Shown piece by piece: positions 13,358-25,113 of a stretch of 64,000 nucleotides of DNA (position 1 is its first letter; each line of letters begins with the position of its first letter). Position numbers and translations under genes: made by a program. The notes beneath the pieces are model-generated. The model searched no databases. It saw nothing but the letters and a program-made list of their open reading frames with translations, and was not told the DNA's origin. The stretch comes from Piedraia hortae CBS 480.64. Lineage: Eukaryota. Location: the NCBI GenBank assembly GCA_010093745.1, contig MU005961.1, positions 186,001 through 250,000 on the forward strand, written 5' to 3'.

Positions 13358-13675
13358 TTGCCCGGCGTAAAACATCAAAAAAAAAAAAAAAAGGCTCGGG
13401 AGTTGGAGCGGAAGGAACAAGAGAAAGCGCAGAGGGCGCGTGAAAGGGCGGAGGCCAAGCCGTTGAAGGCTGCGGAGATTTTGCGGAAGCGACAGGAGCG
13501 ACAAGCCGCTAAAGAGGCCCGTATGGCAGCAAAGGCACGAAAGAAGGCCGAAGTCGCAGCGAGGAAATCCGCCGCTCAACACAAGGACGATGACGACTAT
13601 GTTGAAGAGTAGCAACTCAGGAGGTCCACGAGGCAGGCGATCGGTAAGAACAACTAGATTTGTATCAGTAAGTAG
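13358..13675 (+). pseudogene. C-terminal K/R/E/A-rich coiled-coil tail of a pogo/Fot1-like transposase
   Basis: ARELERKEQEKAQRARERAEAK...RQAAKEARMAAKARKKAE, followed in another frame by GRRSVRTTRF. It points toward the arm whose inner end resembles the sequence downstream of the pogo relic at 18.15 kb. Confidence 0.55.
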
Positions 13676-13820
13676 GCAGTATTGATGTATTGCTGCTATC
13701 CGTGTAGCGCACAAGCAGTCGGACGTGGCGCTGGCGTGAGTTGCTGGACGTGGGGGAACCGCCCCGCGTTCCCCAGCGAAAGCCGGCTCGAAACCTCTCA
13801 AACTCGCCGACTTTCGAGCA

Positions 13821-14485
13821 ATGTAGCGCGACACCTGAACGTCTCAAACACTTGATGATTGATTTAGGCGAAAGTCCATACCTTTAAATCTATATTCCAC
13901 TGCTTTTTATGATAGTATTCAAAGTGCGATTGCTCGAAATCTTGCGGGTTTCTAGGGCCATTAGGGGTCGAAACAAACCCGAATAGATAACAAGCAAAAC
14001 AGAACATTAACCATGCAAATTGCATACCATTCGAGTCTGTACAATGCAAGCTATCGTATGAGACCGCTCACGACTGTTTGCGGCAATTATACGTTGTGTT
14101 AGGTCGATTCAAAACTGAAAGCGACGTCGCGAATTCGACCCGCCAACTCTGAACGGACAGAACACAGCTACCCGACCTTGCGCATGCCTGAAACAAAGTG
14201 CACTGGAAACGCGAGACCACAAATAGTACGTTCATGAGCGCAAAGTATGTGAAAGATGTTAGCTGGTGCTGTACTGGCGACATCTCTGCAATGGTGCCAT
14301 TTGACATGAATTGCAGTATACCGATCGCAGGAAGGAACGTGAACATACAAAACTTGAACCATACGAATCCTTAGAGCATGCGCTTTCGAAAAAGTCAACC
14401 TATAGTTATGTACCATGGTTGTGCGTGATGTTATTCAAGTTTGAAGTGGTGATCAAAAGTGTGCACGCAGTGGAGAAGACTTCTA
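13821..14485. repeat. Right arm of the 665-bp inverted repeat
   Basis: Reverse complement of 10945-11609; ends ...GGAGAAGACTTCTA. Confidence 0.97.
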
Positions 14486-15179
14486 ACACAGGCTGTCAAG
14501 GCTACCTTGCCAAGCTAATGATGTGGCCAGACAGTTTCTGGCTTGTCTAATATTACGGAGTTCTACCTTGAGGTTGGTCCTCGCTTCTGATCATCGTGTT
14601 ATGTCTTGGGACACAGCAAGCTGCCTAAACTTCCCGGGCAGCGGTGAGGAAGGGGAAAGGGTTAGTATCAAGCCCATACGAGGCTGGACGTGCTGGTTAG
14701 GTAAGTCAAAAGACCGCGAATAGTTCTTCCTTTTAGCATGCACATATCCCGCTCGAGAGGGTGTGGTCGGTTATTCGCGGCCGAGATATCACGGCGAAGA
14801 AGTTATTCGAAATTATGGGAGAATCTCGAACTTTGACCGCCGTGAAAATAGTGAATTTCTCATTTTGGCCTCCGACGACATATCCCACAATTAGAGACGG
14901 CAAACCCTTTGCTTGGAGCGTGGACCATTTCCAGTGCACCGGATAACTGCTAAGGTGGGTCTGGATCAAAGCCCGTTCGGTCTTTCCCGCCCTTTGGAAG
15001 CTGTTCGCCTTCCTGTAGTCGCTCTTGTTTGTTTGCTCGTTTGTCCTGTGCCCAATGACGTTGTGAACCGGTCGCGAATAACCAACCGCGAGTCATGTCT
15101 ATCATAGGACATTCACAACGTATGATAGCCAGCAAATCTATGCCGGTAAAGTTATTTCGAATTCCCCGCTGCGTGCCTT

Positions 15180-15330
15180 CCATACCGATTGTGGAGTGTC
15201 CCAGTCTCTTCATGGCCATGGTAGAAGAGCATTTACCGTGTGGCGGTCTCAGAGCATGCGCCAACACCATCTGCAGCAAAAGCCCATAGATGGGGCAACT
15301 CTGGGAAACTTGCGTTGGACGTAGGAACAG
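15180..15330 (-). mobile_element. Possible highly degraded hAT dimerisation-domain remnant
   Basis: Frameshifted pieces QRKFPRVA / AFAADGVG / RLGHSTIGM loosely resemble fungal hAT C-termini. Confidence 0.25.
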
Positions 15331-18144
15331 GCCATGTCTCGAAGAGGAGGTTCCCCTCGCAGGGCGGTATAAGATCTGCCCCTCGCTGTACTCATCGCTT
15401 AGCAGTCTCGTCTCGGGAAAACTGGGCCCTCGCCCCGGGCGACTGGCAGCATCGCACACCCGTTGAGATTTCTTGGCTCTGCCAAGCGCTGTAGTGTAGA
15501 CGGGCTCGTAGCCGGCACCGCGTAATTACGGGTGGAAGTTGTCGGTGATTATTCGGTTGCGCATGGCCTGACGAATGAAACCCGTAGATGCATATCACTC
15601 TTTATCTCCACGGCCTAAAGATAGCGTGCATCATAAGCTATTGGTAAGACTGTGAAGAAGGCCTTTGTTATTGAATTCGCTTGTGGTACCAGGAGCGTTC
15701 CTTGACTTAAAAAATAGACAACTTTTGCCTTGCAAGCTAATTCGGTTGCCCGAAAGTCTATTCTGCGCCTTCCACGAACTTCTGCACATGTGATTCACTG
15801 TTGCCCACATCAAAGATGGAAGGAACCTCTCAGGGTCGTTCAAGCTTCCCTTTTTCCAACACTCGCACGTAGCTCACGTCCAATTCCCGTCATCTCGTTG
15901 GACAATAGAGACAATCGAAATCAAACACAACCTCGCATATCCAGAGGATGCAGGGGTCTCTTGAAGCCATCCATTGGTCGATCACAGACTCTCGACAACG
16001 AAACATGGTCACTGGCTCGCTCACGATGCACCGTGAGTTGTGCAACTCGTCAGAATACGCTCTGCTGGGTTTTAATCTAGTCCTTGCTGAAGCATTAAGG
16101 CGGCGAGGATGTGGGCTCCGATGGAAACTCATGATGCTAGAACGAAGCATGTTGAAACATCTGAGGATAGCGACATCAATGCCATGACATAGGTCAAATC
16201 GTCCCCCAACAAGACCGTTACCAAAGAGAAGAATTGTTTAGGTTACAAGCCGCAGCCTGCTAAATTGTGTGTAGTCGTATTGAGGATACACGCCTCCTAT
16301 TGTGGCCCCTTCAACAAGCTGATGATGCCGAATCTCAAAATTGGATCTGGCTCTCAATCAATTAAGGCTTTTACGGCCCGGGAATGCTCCCTGAAGAGCG
16401 TGATGCATAATGTGTGTGCTACTCGTACATGTGACGCAATGGCGAAGTGGGGGCCCCGGAATATTTCCGTGAAGTAGAATGCCAAGGCTGCACGGTGCCT
16501 CCGCACTTGTCAACCAAGAATGTTTTTTCAGAAACTTTTTTTACTACCCACCCACTCAGAGCGGAACTCTCGCGTGGATTGCTATTACTGATGGTACCAC
16601 CTAAATTGTAACTCAGCCTGTCAGACACCTAACTGAGGAAGATAGGGCCCCGGACTTCTCGAGGGTTTTGCCTCACCAAGAATGTTTCCCTTGGGACGTG
16701 GTCATGTAACAGGATGTTGTAAGGGCGAATGCGGTTCAGGTCGTACCGAAACGTGGGGCTGTCTTGGCACACACAAGTCTACCCCTTACTTCCTCTCCCA
16801 ATAGGCAGAGGATTACTCACCCGCCTTTCACTCTTCACCTCCGAATCCTTCAGAGTCACACACCATGGCAGAAAAGGCAAAACCTCCACACACTCAACCA
16901 TCGCACGCATTCAACCAAGAGAAAGGGAGAAGAGGAAAAGGAAGGTGCTGGAGGAGAGCGGGTCAAAGGAGGCAATGGAGCTGCGTAGAGGGAGGAGAAA
17001 AGGACGGAGATGAAGAAGGCGGGGGAGGATAATGCTCCGGCGCTGTCGATCCCGTAGGCGACACGCGGCGCCTACAGTAAACAACGGATAGAAGCCAGCC
17101 TAGAGCATGTGAATAACCTTCTCACTGCCGGCGGCTAAAGCCCAAGGATCGCAAGTCTTCTGGGGGGCTCAAAGGGGGTCACTCTAGAAGACTTGAAAAG
17201 GATCCCCCAAAGTCTCGCCTACAGGAGAGGGTTCTCACACTTGAGCAGATATACTGCTTTAAAGCTTTCACCACGGCCGAGCCCAAGCGGATCGACTTAT
17301 TGGTCCAGCATGGTGGCTGTTTCGGCGAATGGGCATCCATATTGAGGCGAGAGGTCGGCAATACGTCAGCTGTTGATACGTCCAATGATGAACTGAAGGA
17401 CGCGTCACGGGCTCTTCTGCGAAAAGATTATGGACGGTGATAAGCGCCGCGACTAAGATGAGGGAGGCCCCGACCCAAAAAAATGATTTGGGGGATCCAT
17501 CGCTGGGCAGATTGCTGTCCTCACTGCCATAACAGCGTGAGGGGTCTAATTGCTGGCAAACAAGCTTCGCAAATGATAGAAAACATACACTCAGATCTTA
17601 ACTCTTGAGAAGCGCAAGCGGACAAGCACAGCTTACCGCACCACTCATCCGCTGCATCACGGGAAACAAAGTTAACGAGCTGCAAGCACAGGATCCATGT
17701 ATCAGTTGCAGGGACAGGAAGCAGGCTAGCACGGGCCGTCACCTTCCCCATGTTGGGTCTGGCCCCGTGCCGCACTTTGAAGAAACATTTACGCGGCAGA
17801 TATTGTCATCTCAATTGGCAGCTGTACAGGGCACAGAGGGGTGGGAAACAATGCCTTCAGGGAACGACGATGGCATCTTGACATCAATGATGCATGTACA
17901 GTATGTAGAACGCATACTTCTTCGATTCAAAGTTTACAGGAACGTTTCTCATTGGCTTCGAATTGACACCACACAGTACATGATCATGTATGAGCAGGAA
18001 ACTGGCAAAGAAAATAATTGAATGCTTTGCGTTGCCAATCTGCACTCAAGTTTCGTTTCCAAGTTAGACAATCGTCGAACTCCCTCTAATGGGCACAAGA
18101 ATTTACATAAAACCGGTGGGGTACGAATAGCCTTTCTGTCTGAG

Positions 18145-19600
18145 TCAAGAGTGTTTGAGACATTCAAGTGTCAAGCTTGATTGACGAGCTCGAGCGATTT
18201 CAAGCGGGTGTTCAACAACACCTTATGCTACATGGAAGAGGTTGAGCTCCTTATCTGCTTGTAGGCTAATATACATCAGCGCTGCCTAAAGCTAGTTGCT
18301 CGCTTGGCCGCCTCTTCTCCTCCGCTCGCTCGCGCTGCGCAGCGGTCTTCCTCGCCGCAGCTTCCACCTTTCTTCGTGTTTTCATTTGCCCCTGGCTCCA
18401 GCTCCCGGGCCTTCTAATTCACCTTCGTGTCCACGAACAAGGCCCCCCATGCCCCTCCGCTGCCTTCACCTGCTCCATCAGGCGAGACTTTCGCTTCCTC
18501 TTCCGCCGATCCAGGGCCGATGTCTTCTCCAGGTCAAACCTCAAAACCATACAGAACTGCATTGCTGCTCAGTGTCTGCTGCATTATCCTGACCTCTAGG
18601 TCCCTCTCCCCGCCCAATTAGATAAGCCTGGAAGCCAAGGAGCTTGTCTGGCACTAGCGCCGCATCCCAGGGAAAAATTCCCGTCTTCTGCCACAACGAG
18701 CAGATACTCTGGACCCTAAAAGCCTTCCAGAAAACATCCCCCCCCCCCAAAAAAAAAGAAAAAAAAAAGAAACTCCGCTTGGTCATCGTAGGGAGTCCCA
18801 GCGACCTGCTGGTGAACTCATTTAGCCACTGGCTGTAGTAGTTCCGCGGAGGTGAGAACAAACCCAAATCTAGGTGCTGTAGCCGATGGGTGGCGTGCGG
18901 AGAGTGAAAAGCGATGAGAATCTTGTTTGCGTCGCAGAAATTCAGGAACTCTAAGATTGAGATATGACCCGTGGCCGTGGACAAACAACAGGCGCCACCT
19001 CCGCCTGGCCTTGGCATTTGTATGCTTGTCAAACATATTGACCAGCCAGTCCAGGCCCAGCTCATCATTGGTCCAGTCATTAGTGCTGGCCGCAAAGTAG
19101 GCCCTCTGCTTATCCGTCTCAACTTATTCGGTCCAGGAATCCTGCACCACCCCAGACACCGCGGCAAAAATAACAGCTGGGGGCAATGATGTTCCGTCTC
19201 CGCAGATGGAGCCGATCACTGTAACCCACTCACGGCTTCCATTCTGGCCGGCCCTAACCAGGTGCCCTTTCTCAAACTGCGAGCGGGTAAAGACCGCCTT
19301 GGTCTTCTGGGCATTGCCGATCATAAACACCTTCTCGTCCATATTATAGATATCCTCCGCCTGGATTTTATACTGGCGGATTATCTGCTCGATCAGGGTG
19401 AAATATTTGGCGTAGCTTTCCCTGCTATCCGCCTTGTGCTGGGACAAATCGAGGCCGTTCAGGCATCGACAGTCCAGGTTGTGCTTGTGGCGTTGGACAA
19501 AACAGGAAGGGCGTCTTTCTTGCAGATTCCTTGTGCGATGTTTCGCAGTACAAAAAGTTATCTTCGCGCTTGTAGGTTGTCAAGAGATGATGGTCTATCA
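18145..19600 (-). mobile_element. Degenerate pogo/Fot1 (DDE_1) DNA transposon
   Basis: IYNMDEKVFMIG, GSREWVTVIGSICGDG..LPPAVIF, RRWRLLFVHGHGSY and HATHRLQHLDLGLFSP spread over several frames, with multiple frameshifts. Confidence 0.92.
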
Positions 19601-20380
19601 ACTCCTAGCCAAATCGCAGATGACGCCGAAAGCGAGGAGCAGCTTCTTCCAGACGTGCTTGGGAGGAGGGTTGACATCTTGCAAATCCTCTAGATTACTT
19701 CCTGCAGAGCATCTAGTGTTGGAGGCAAACAACGCTCGCATGAGTAGCAGGAATAGAAGATGAGTTCCAGCTCCTGATAATTTGTAATTCTTCTGACGCA
19801 ATGTGAATCCGCTTGGGAAGCTTAACCAACTCCTCCATGAAGGTAAAACATCGTGAATCGCTCATCCAAGCTTCTGAATAGGCCAGAGTCTCTTAGGACG
19901 TCTATGGCGTAACAGTCATGTTGTCGCCGATGTGGACCCCTGCCGGTGCCGACAACCAAGGACGGTATTGCACTGCCTAGCAAAATATCGAGGTGGTATG
20001 TAATGCCAAGAATAGCTATGTTTTGACATTAGGTTGGTGACACTCTATGCTCCCTGCCTTGACAAGATAAATTCACACAGAGTCTTCCGAGATGCATTGG
20101 CAAATAGGATCCTGATCAATCCAGACGTAATCTTATTGCTAAGCACTGCAAGGACTCCACTTTGTGTGCGAGTGTGCTCGGCACGACCAATTCCGGAAGT
20201 CTTGCGGACATAAAATTCTGGTGCCTAGCAAGGAAGTGGTTTCTTTTGAAAGCCCCAAGTGGTCGGGGGTAGTGTGCAACACAGACGGCCGTTCGGCCGC
20301 CGTGGTCAACGGTAAATGGATCCATTAAAACTTCTCTCTGCAATAAGTATACAAAGGTACAGAAGAAAAGAAAAGGGCGA

Positions 20381-21508
20381 TTAGTCTTCTCCCAGTTGAT
20401 CCATGACGCCCTGAATGAGATCAGCCAGCTCATCGACATTCGGCCGCCTTTCCGGTTCAACCCTTAGGCAAGCGCGTACAATGTCCTTGACGCCTTCTGA
20501 GATTCCACGATCAGCTTCACTCTTAGAAGCCCTTTTCTTGCCACTGGTACCTTCGTCCGGGAATCTCCAATCGCCATTAAGCACACAGAGCGAGAGAGAT
20601 CCGCCAGATTCCTCGCTGCGAGCTTCAAATGGCGACTTGCCTACAAGACATGCGTATAGAGTACAGCCTAGGGACCATATGTCCACTGCAGTTGTGACAG
20701 GAACGCCAGTCTTGACGTCGAACAGCTCCGGCGCACGATAGGGCATGGTGCAAAGCTCGGCGGCCTCATCCTGGAGCTGGAGGGCGAGGGAGCGATTGGA
20801 GGGTGTGACGGGGCTGCGGGCAAGAGAGCCCATATCCATCAGCACGGGAAACGTGCCGGAGTCAGAGATCATGATATTGGATGGCTTGATATCCCGGTGC
20901 GCGTAGGACTTCACTGGCGCATCTTCTGCTTCACCCTCCATCAGCGGTTTTGCCAGTCCGCCCTCATCTTCTTCGGCGTCAGATGACGGCCTGGCTCTCT
21001 TCTTCTTTTTGGGATTATACTGGTGCAACTCCTTTAATGCCTGGCAAACGCCCAGAAACAGGCCCAGTAGGCGCCGTTCTGGGACCTTTGCGCCATTGAC
21101 TAAGTTTGCATTGATCATGTCCTGTAGATTGCCTCTTCTGTAATACGGCAAGAGGATATACACCGTCTCCTTGTCCCGATCCACCTCCCAATCCACAACG
21201 GGGATAATGTTCGGGTGGTCAAAGAGTCGGTAGGCCTCGACTTCTTTTTGAGCGCGAGACAGTGATTCCTCACCAAGCGAACAGCGGATCTTCTTGAGCG
21301 CATAATACGTGCCAGGATCTTCCGGCGTCGAGACGAGATAGACGTAGGAGAAGCCTCCTTCGCCCAGGAGCCGCAGGATCGTATACTTTTGGCCCCGGAT
21401 GGCAATGCGCGGACTCCGTGGGAAGCATGTGAAGCATTGTGCCAGTTGCCAGAGCGTGTCCAGGAGGTAGTGCGAAAGCTGGGTCAGAGCCGCCGGTTGG
21501 TGGGACAT
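20381..21508 (-). CDS. ENV7: Ser/Thr kinase, NAK family (STK16/Env7-like)
   Basis: GEGGFSYV, ALKK, HRDIKPSN, DMGS, CTMPYRAPE; N-terminal Cys cluster QCFTCFP. Confidence 0.9.
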   Translation of the reverse strand: MSHQPAALTQLSHYLLDTLWQLAQCFTCFPRSPRIAIRGQKYTILRLLGEGGFSYVYLVSTPEDPGTYYALKKIRCSLGEESLSRAQKEVEAYRLFDHPNIIPVVDWEVDRDKETVYILLPYYRRGNLQDMINANLVNGAKVPERRLLGLFLGVCQALKELHQYNPKKKKRARPSSDAEEDEGGLAKPLMEGEAEDAPVKSYAHRDIKPSNIMISDSGTFPVLMDMGSLARSPVTPSNRSLALQLQDEAAELCTMPYRAPELFDVKTGVPVTTAVDIWSLGCTLYACLVGKSPFEARSEESGGSLSLCVLNGDWRFPDEGTSGKKRASKSEADRGISEGVKDIVRACLRVEPERRPNVDELADLIQGVMDQLGED

Positions 21509-21563
21509 TGTTGTAGCTTCCCGGCGGCGGTCTGGTCTGACCAGAGACAGGTTGTTGAACGGG

Positions 21564-21566
<3 letters not shown>

Positions 21567-21614
<48 letters not shown>
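21567..21614. repeat. (TGAT)12 microsatellite
   Basis: Twelve perfect TGAT units counted directly. Confidence 0.97.
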
Positions 21615-21659
21615 GTCCCGGAAGAACCCCGGGCGGGGAATCTGCGGCCTCCCGAGGGG

Positions 21660-22320
21660 CAAACTAAACGTGTTCCCCCTAGTGGGGAACAGAATTATTT
21701 ACAAAGGCGCAATGCGCCAGTGGGCCCGACGTCGCGGACCAACACCACCCCGGTTGGCCTGATTGTCTTGATTACATTGGGTGTAGCCTCGAGGGAAAGG
21801 GCTCGCCAAACCCCTCCCAACGAACTCAGCGGCGATCCTAACCCTGCCGCGGATGCCAAGGCCCTCCTTCTTGACCCCACTCCTTGGCTCCACAATAAGG
21901 AATGCATGTTATAGGAATGTAGTCGGAAGGTGGAACGGCCCATGCCGCTGATGCGTCACGTTGACAAGAAAAAGTCATTGTAGCTTGTCAGGACTCAGGG
22001 TCTACGTCTTACGGAAGGGCCCGGTCCGCCCACGGCCCGAACCTAGTGATCCCACTATGCGGCACGCAGGCGGCACTAACTTTTCTTTTCTCTTCTTCCT
22101 GCGTTGTTCTCTGTCTACATAGGGCCCACGAAGTCCTCTCGTTCATAGCCCATTGCTTCGAGCCTCTCACCCTTGTCTCTCATCGATCCCTCGGCCCCGA
22201 CCACTTGTTCTTAGCATCGCGTCCAGACGTAACTAGACATCATAGGAAGATATCTCAGTCTCGTTTTCGCCGAGTTGATCTGAGAGTCACCTTTATACTA
22301 ACACGCAACAGATGATTACA
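21660..22320 (+). ncRNA. Candidate telomerase RNA (structured ncRNA); ends approximate
   Basis: Template-like CCTAACCCT at 21837-21845, enclosing helix, crossing stems, three-way junction with a P6.1-like hairpin, downstream splice signals, and no recognisable ORF. Confidence 0.4.
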
Positions 22321-22399
22321 CTGACAGAGAAAAAGATAGCTATGGTACACTGTATCCAGCGCCAGGATGATTCATAACAGGCATCAAATCGTCATGTTA

Positions 22400-24189
22400 T
22401 TACATTACCCTTTCCTTTGGTCGCAAATTGATAACCGACTCCAGTTCACGCAGCATACTGGTATTACGGTCTCGCTGTGCGCGAAGGCTCATCTGTCGCT
22501 CGCGTTCTTCGTGCATCTTCTTTTGACGCTCTTCACGCGTGCAAGTGCGAGGAAGGGCAATGGCTTCGAACACTTGCTCCTCATCAGATGCTGAATCCCC
22601 GCTGAAACGATCAGACAACTCGTCTGCCTTGCCGTCTTCCACCGCTGTTACACCACTAATGCTCGAAATAGGTGAATGCAAAGGGCTACCCGTCAATGCC
22701 ACGGACGAGCGATCTTCAACTTGTTTTTGGGTTTGGAGAGAAGATTTTCCGGCTTCCCACGCCTGCATGAGATCTTTGAGGTCCGTTCCGATAGCATCAT
22801 ATTGGTCCATCAGTGAAGGGCCAAGGTCATCGGCGTCGGACTGCTTGATGCATCGATTGGCTTCATCCCGTAAGAGCTGCATCTTTGCCTGCAAAGATCG
22901 AATCCCAGACGAGAGATTGTCGATCTTACGGACCTGCTGCCGCATCTGTTCCCTTCCTGGGACCGTCGAGTTCTTTACTGGCGTACGTGGACTCGGGATT
23001 GAATCCATCTCTGCGAGAACACGCGCTAACCTTTCTGCTCCTGCACCAACCGTCTTTCCCAAATCTTCCATTACTTCTGTCGACACGCGCCATCGATTAA
23101 GGTCTGAACGACCACCATCCGCACCCAGCGCCATTAAAAAGCACAAAGTGGCCCGTCGTAAGAGCGCAGCTCGGTAACTGAGCACACGCAGAGACTGGAG
23201 CGATTCCGCCTCTTCTATTTCACCACCCGAAGCTTCCTTTACATCCTGCGCTTGGACATTGTAAACATCAAAATACTTTTCCACATCATCTTCATCGACC
23301 AACGTGCTCAGAATGTGGCATGTTTGAGCACATGCAGGGATAACGGTCGCCTGTGCTCTGTACACGGCCTTTCGGAGTCGTGCACATCGTCTGGGACCAC
23401 CCTGGTTTTCCAACCGTGAAACAGGCGGCATCGGGGTGCTAATTCGGTATCCCTTGGAGACCAGCTCAACTTCCTGGATCAGGGACAAAGCTGCAGCAGT
23501 CGATACCTCCAGAGATTGCCAGTTGTTGGTCAAGGCAGACGCCGAGTTGACGGCGCGTTGACGCAACGACTTGAGCCATTGGAGTCGGAAATAGACGTAG
23601 CTGGCAAATGAAACAAAGACAAGAGCCGAAAAGGTGACGAGCGTGGCTTGACAGCCTGATCCGCTTACGCACCTCGGCCAGTTAGAGAGGAGGTAGGACA
23701 CCAGCGTTACAACAGCGGCAGACGAGGCGACCGCTGCGATGCTGTAAAACCCCCCCTGGAAGACTGCGCTCGCTGCAGTTTCGGAGTTCGGATTAGTTGG
23801 CGTTATAAACTGCCGGGGGTGATCGACGTATTCATCCAGTAACTGTGAGGCGACGATGATGTATCGAAAGTGTTCCATGAATCGCTCATTCTCCACTCGT
23901 CCCAGGCGCAAGTTGGCCGACGACCATGCCCCGCGCAACCGGCTCAGATGCGATTGATGCTGGCGCAATTGCAAGGGCGGCAGAAGCTTCCATTTTGCAG
24001 GACGTCTTATGATATTCGGAGGGGCAAATTGCGCCTTGTCTTCATCGTCCTCCCGCCTGTTCTGGTCAAAACAACCGTCGCCTGAGCGCGACTTTGATCA
24101 GTATCGCGTCAACGCGTCGCGCCACAGTCAAGCTCACCTTCCAGGAGATAATCGGCCAAGGGCGTTCCGTTGGCGTGGATTGTTTCCAT
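22400..24189 (-). CDS. vezA: Vezatin-like (myosin-binding motif) protein
   Basis: FMEHFRYIIVASQLL, IQEVELVSKGYRISTPMPPVSRLE, MLRELESVI. Exon 1 METIHANGTPLADYLLE, then intron 24082-24137, in frame with ORF 22400-23974. Confidence 0.85.
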
Positions 24190-24591
24190 TGTTTGATTAA
24201 TTCATACTCCGATTCCTATTGCTTGTAGCGCAGTCTGTATGTATTATCCCAAACAATGACGTTTGATGTATTTTAAGATTGGAGGATCAGAAGGCAATCA
24301 ACCGGGGTTGTAATCTGAAACCTGTGAATCTGGGAAGGAACGCCATCTTCCATTCACACACACATAGTGCTACCCAGTGCTGTGCCTTTGAATATAGCTT
24401 TGCGTTTCGATTCTGTGACTGTGTCCGCATGACTACACGTGCGCACTCAATCCCGTAGAACAGCTCAAGTTGTACTGCTTTCGTTTCTCATTCCGGGACG
24501 CGCGCAGGTGGCAGCCATGTGCGGCGGCCCGTCCCGCTGTCCGCCTCATGTTGACGAGTGACCACATTCAGTCCCAACGTGGGCGGTAAAG

Positions 24592-24962
24592 ATGTTTGAC
24601 GAGAAAGAGCTGCTCATTCATCCCATTGTTCAAGAAAGCGTTCAGCATAATGCTAGAGTAGGCAACCCGCGAATCAAAACTGCGCAGCTAATAAACAGAC
24701 GGTATCCAACATTCGAGCGTTAACTGCCTCCCTCTTTGGCGTAGCCGCCGGTACACTCGGACTTGAGTCTTGGCCAGGCTTTGTTTTCTACTTTCTTGGC
24801 ACCGCCATCGTGTCCACACTGATATTTACCCTAAGAGCTGAAAGCAAATCGAAGGCTTACTTTTATCAACCCTTTGGTGATCTTTGGATGGGTGATTTGT
24901 TTGGTGGGCTGATGTCGTTTGTGCTTACATGGACGTTGTTTTATGGGCTCTGCAGAGCATAG
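24592..24962 (+). CDS. EMC6: ER membrane protein complex subunit 6 (absent from the ORF track)
   Basis: MFDEKELLIHPIVQESVQHNAR, intron 24658-24698, then TVSNIRALTASLFGVAAGTLGLES...FVLTWTLFYGLCRA*; 109 aa. Confidence 0.92.
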
Positions 24963-25026
24963 TGTATACTACGTGTAGCTGTACAATCAACAGCGCGAGT
25001 GGAACCGATAAGTTTCAGTGGTACCA

Positions 25027-25097
25027 GGCGCGTCCAATGTTGGTGCTTACTAAGCGTCACCCTAATTGGATCGCGCATTGAACGCGCATCGACGCGT
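25027..25097. promoter_or_regulatory. Cluster of MCB-like (CGCG core) sites upstream of PCNA
   Basis: ACGCGT at 25092-25097 plus GCGCGT, TCGCGC and ACGCGC within 70 bp. Confidence 0.65.
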
Positions 25098-25113
25098 TTC
25101 CAGTTTGTCACAA

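Larger units (their letters stand above)
10945..14485. mobile_element. Non-autonomous, probably pogo/Fot1-derived foldback element with captured retroelement fragments
   Basis: Long inverted arms bounded by TA at both ends (10945-46 and 14484-85, a possible Tc1/mariner target duplication). The interior holds LINE RNase H, gag-like and transposase-tail fragments. Confidence 0.65.

Noticed and set aside
10945..14485. Yeast-type inverted-repeat centromere or mating-type inversion cassette
   Set aside because: The core holds only TE fragments, with no MAT genes and no AT-rich core.
16729..17500. Possible retroelement ORF1 remnant
   Set aside because: Broken frames without a diagnostic motif; cannot be supported.
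18737..18770. C and A homopolymer runs as a programmed frameshift signal
   Set aside because: They lie in a multiply disabled transposase; slippage or sequencing error is more likely.
24254..24325. C/D-box snoRNA between vezatin and EMC6
   Set aside because: Poor C box and no guide target recognised.
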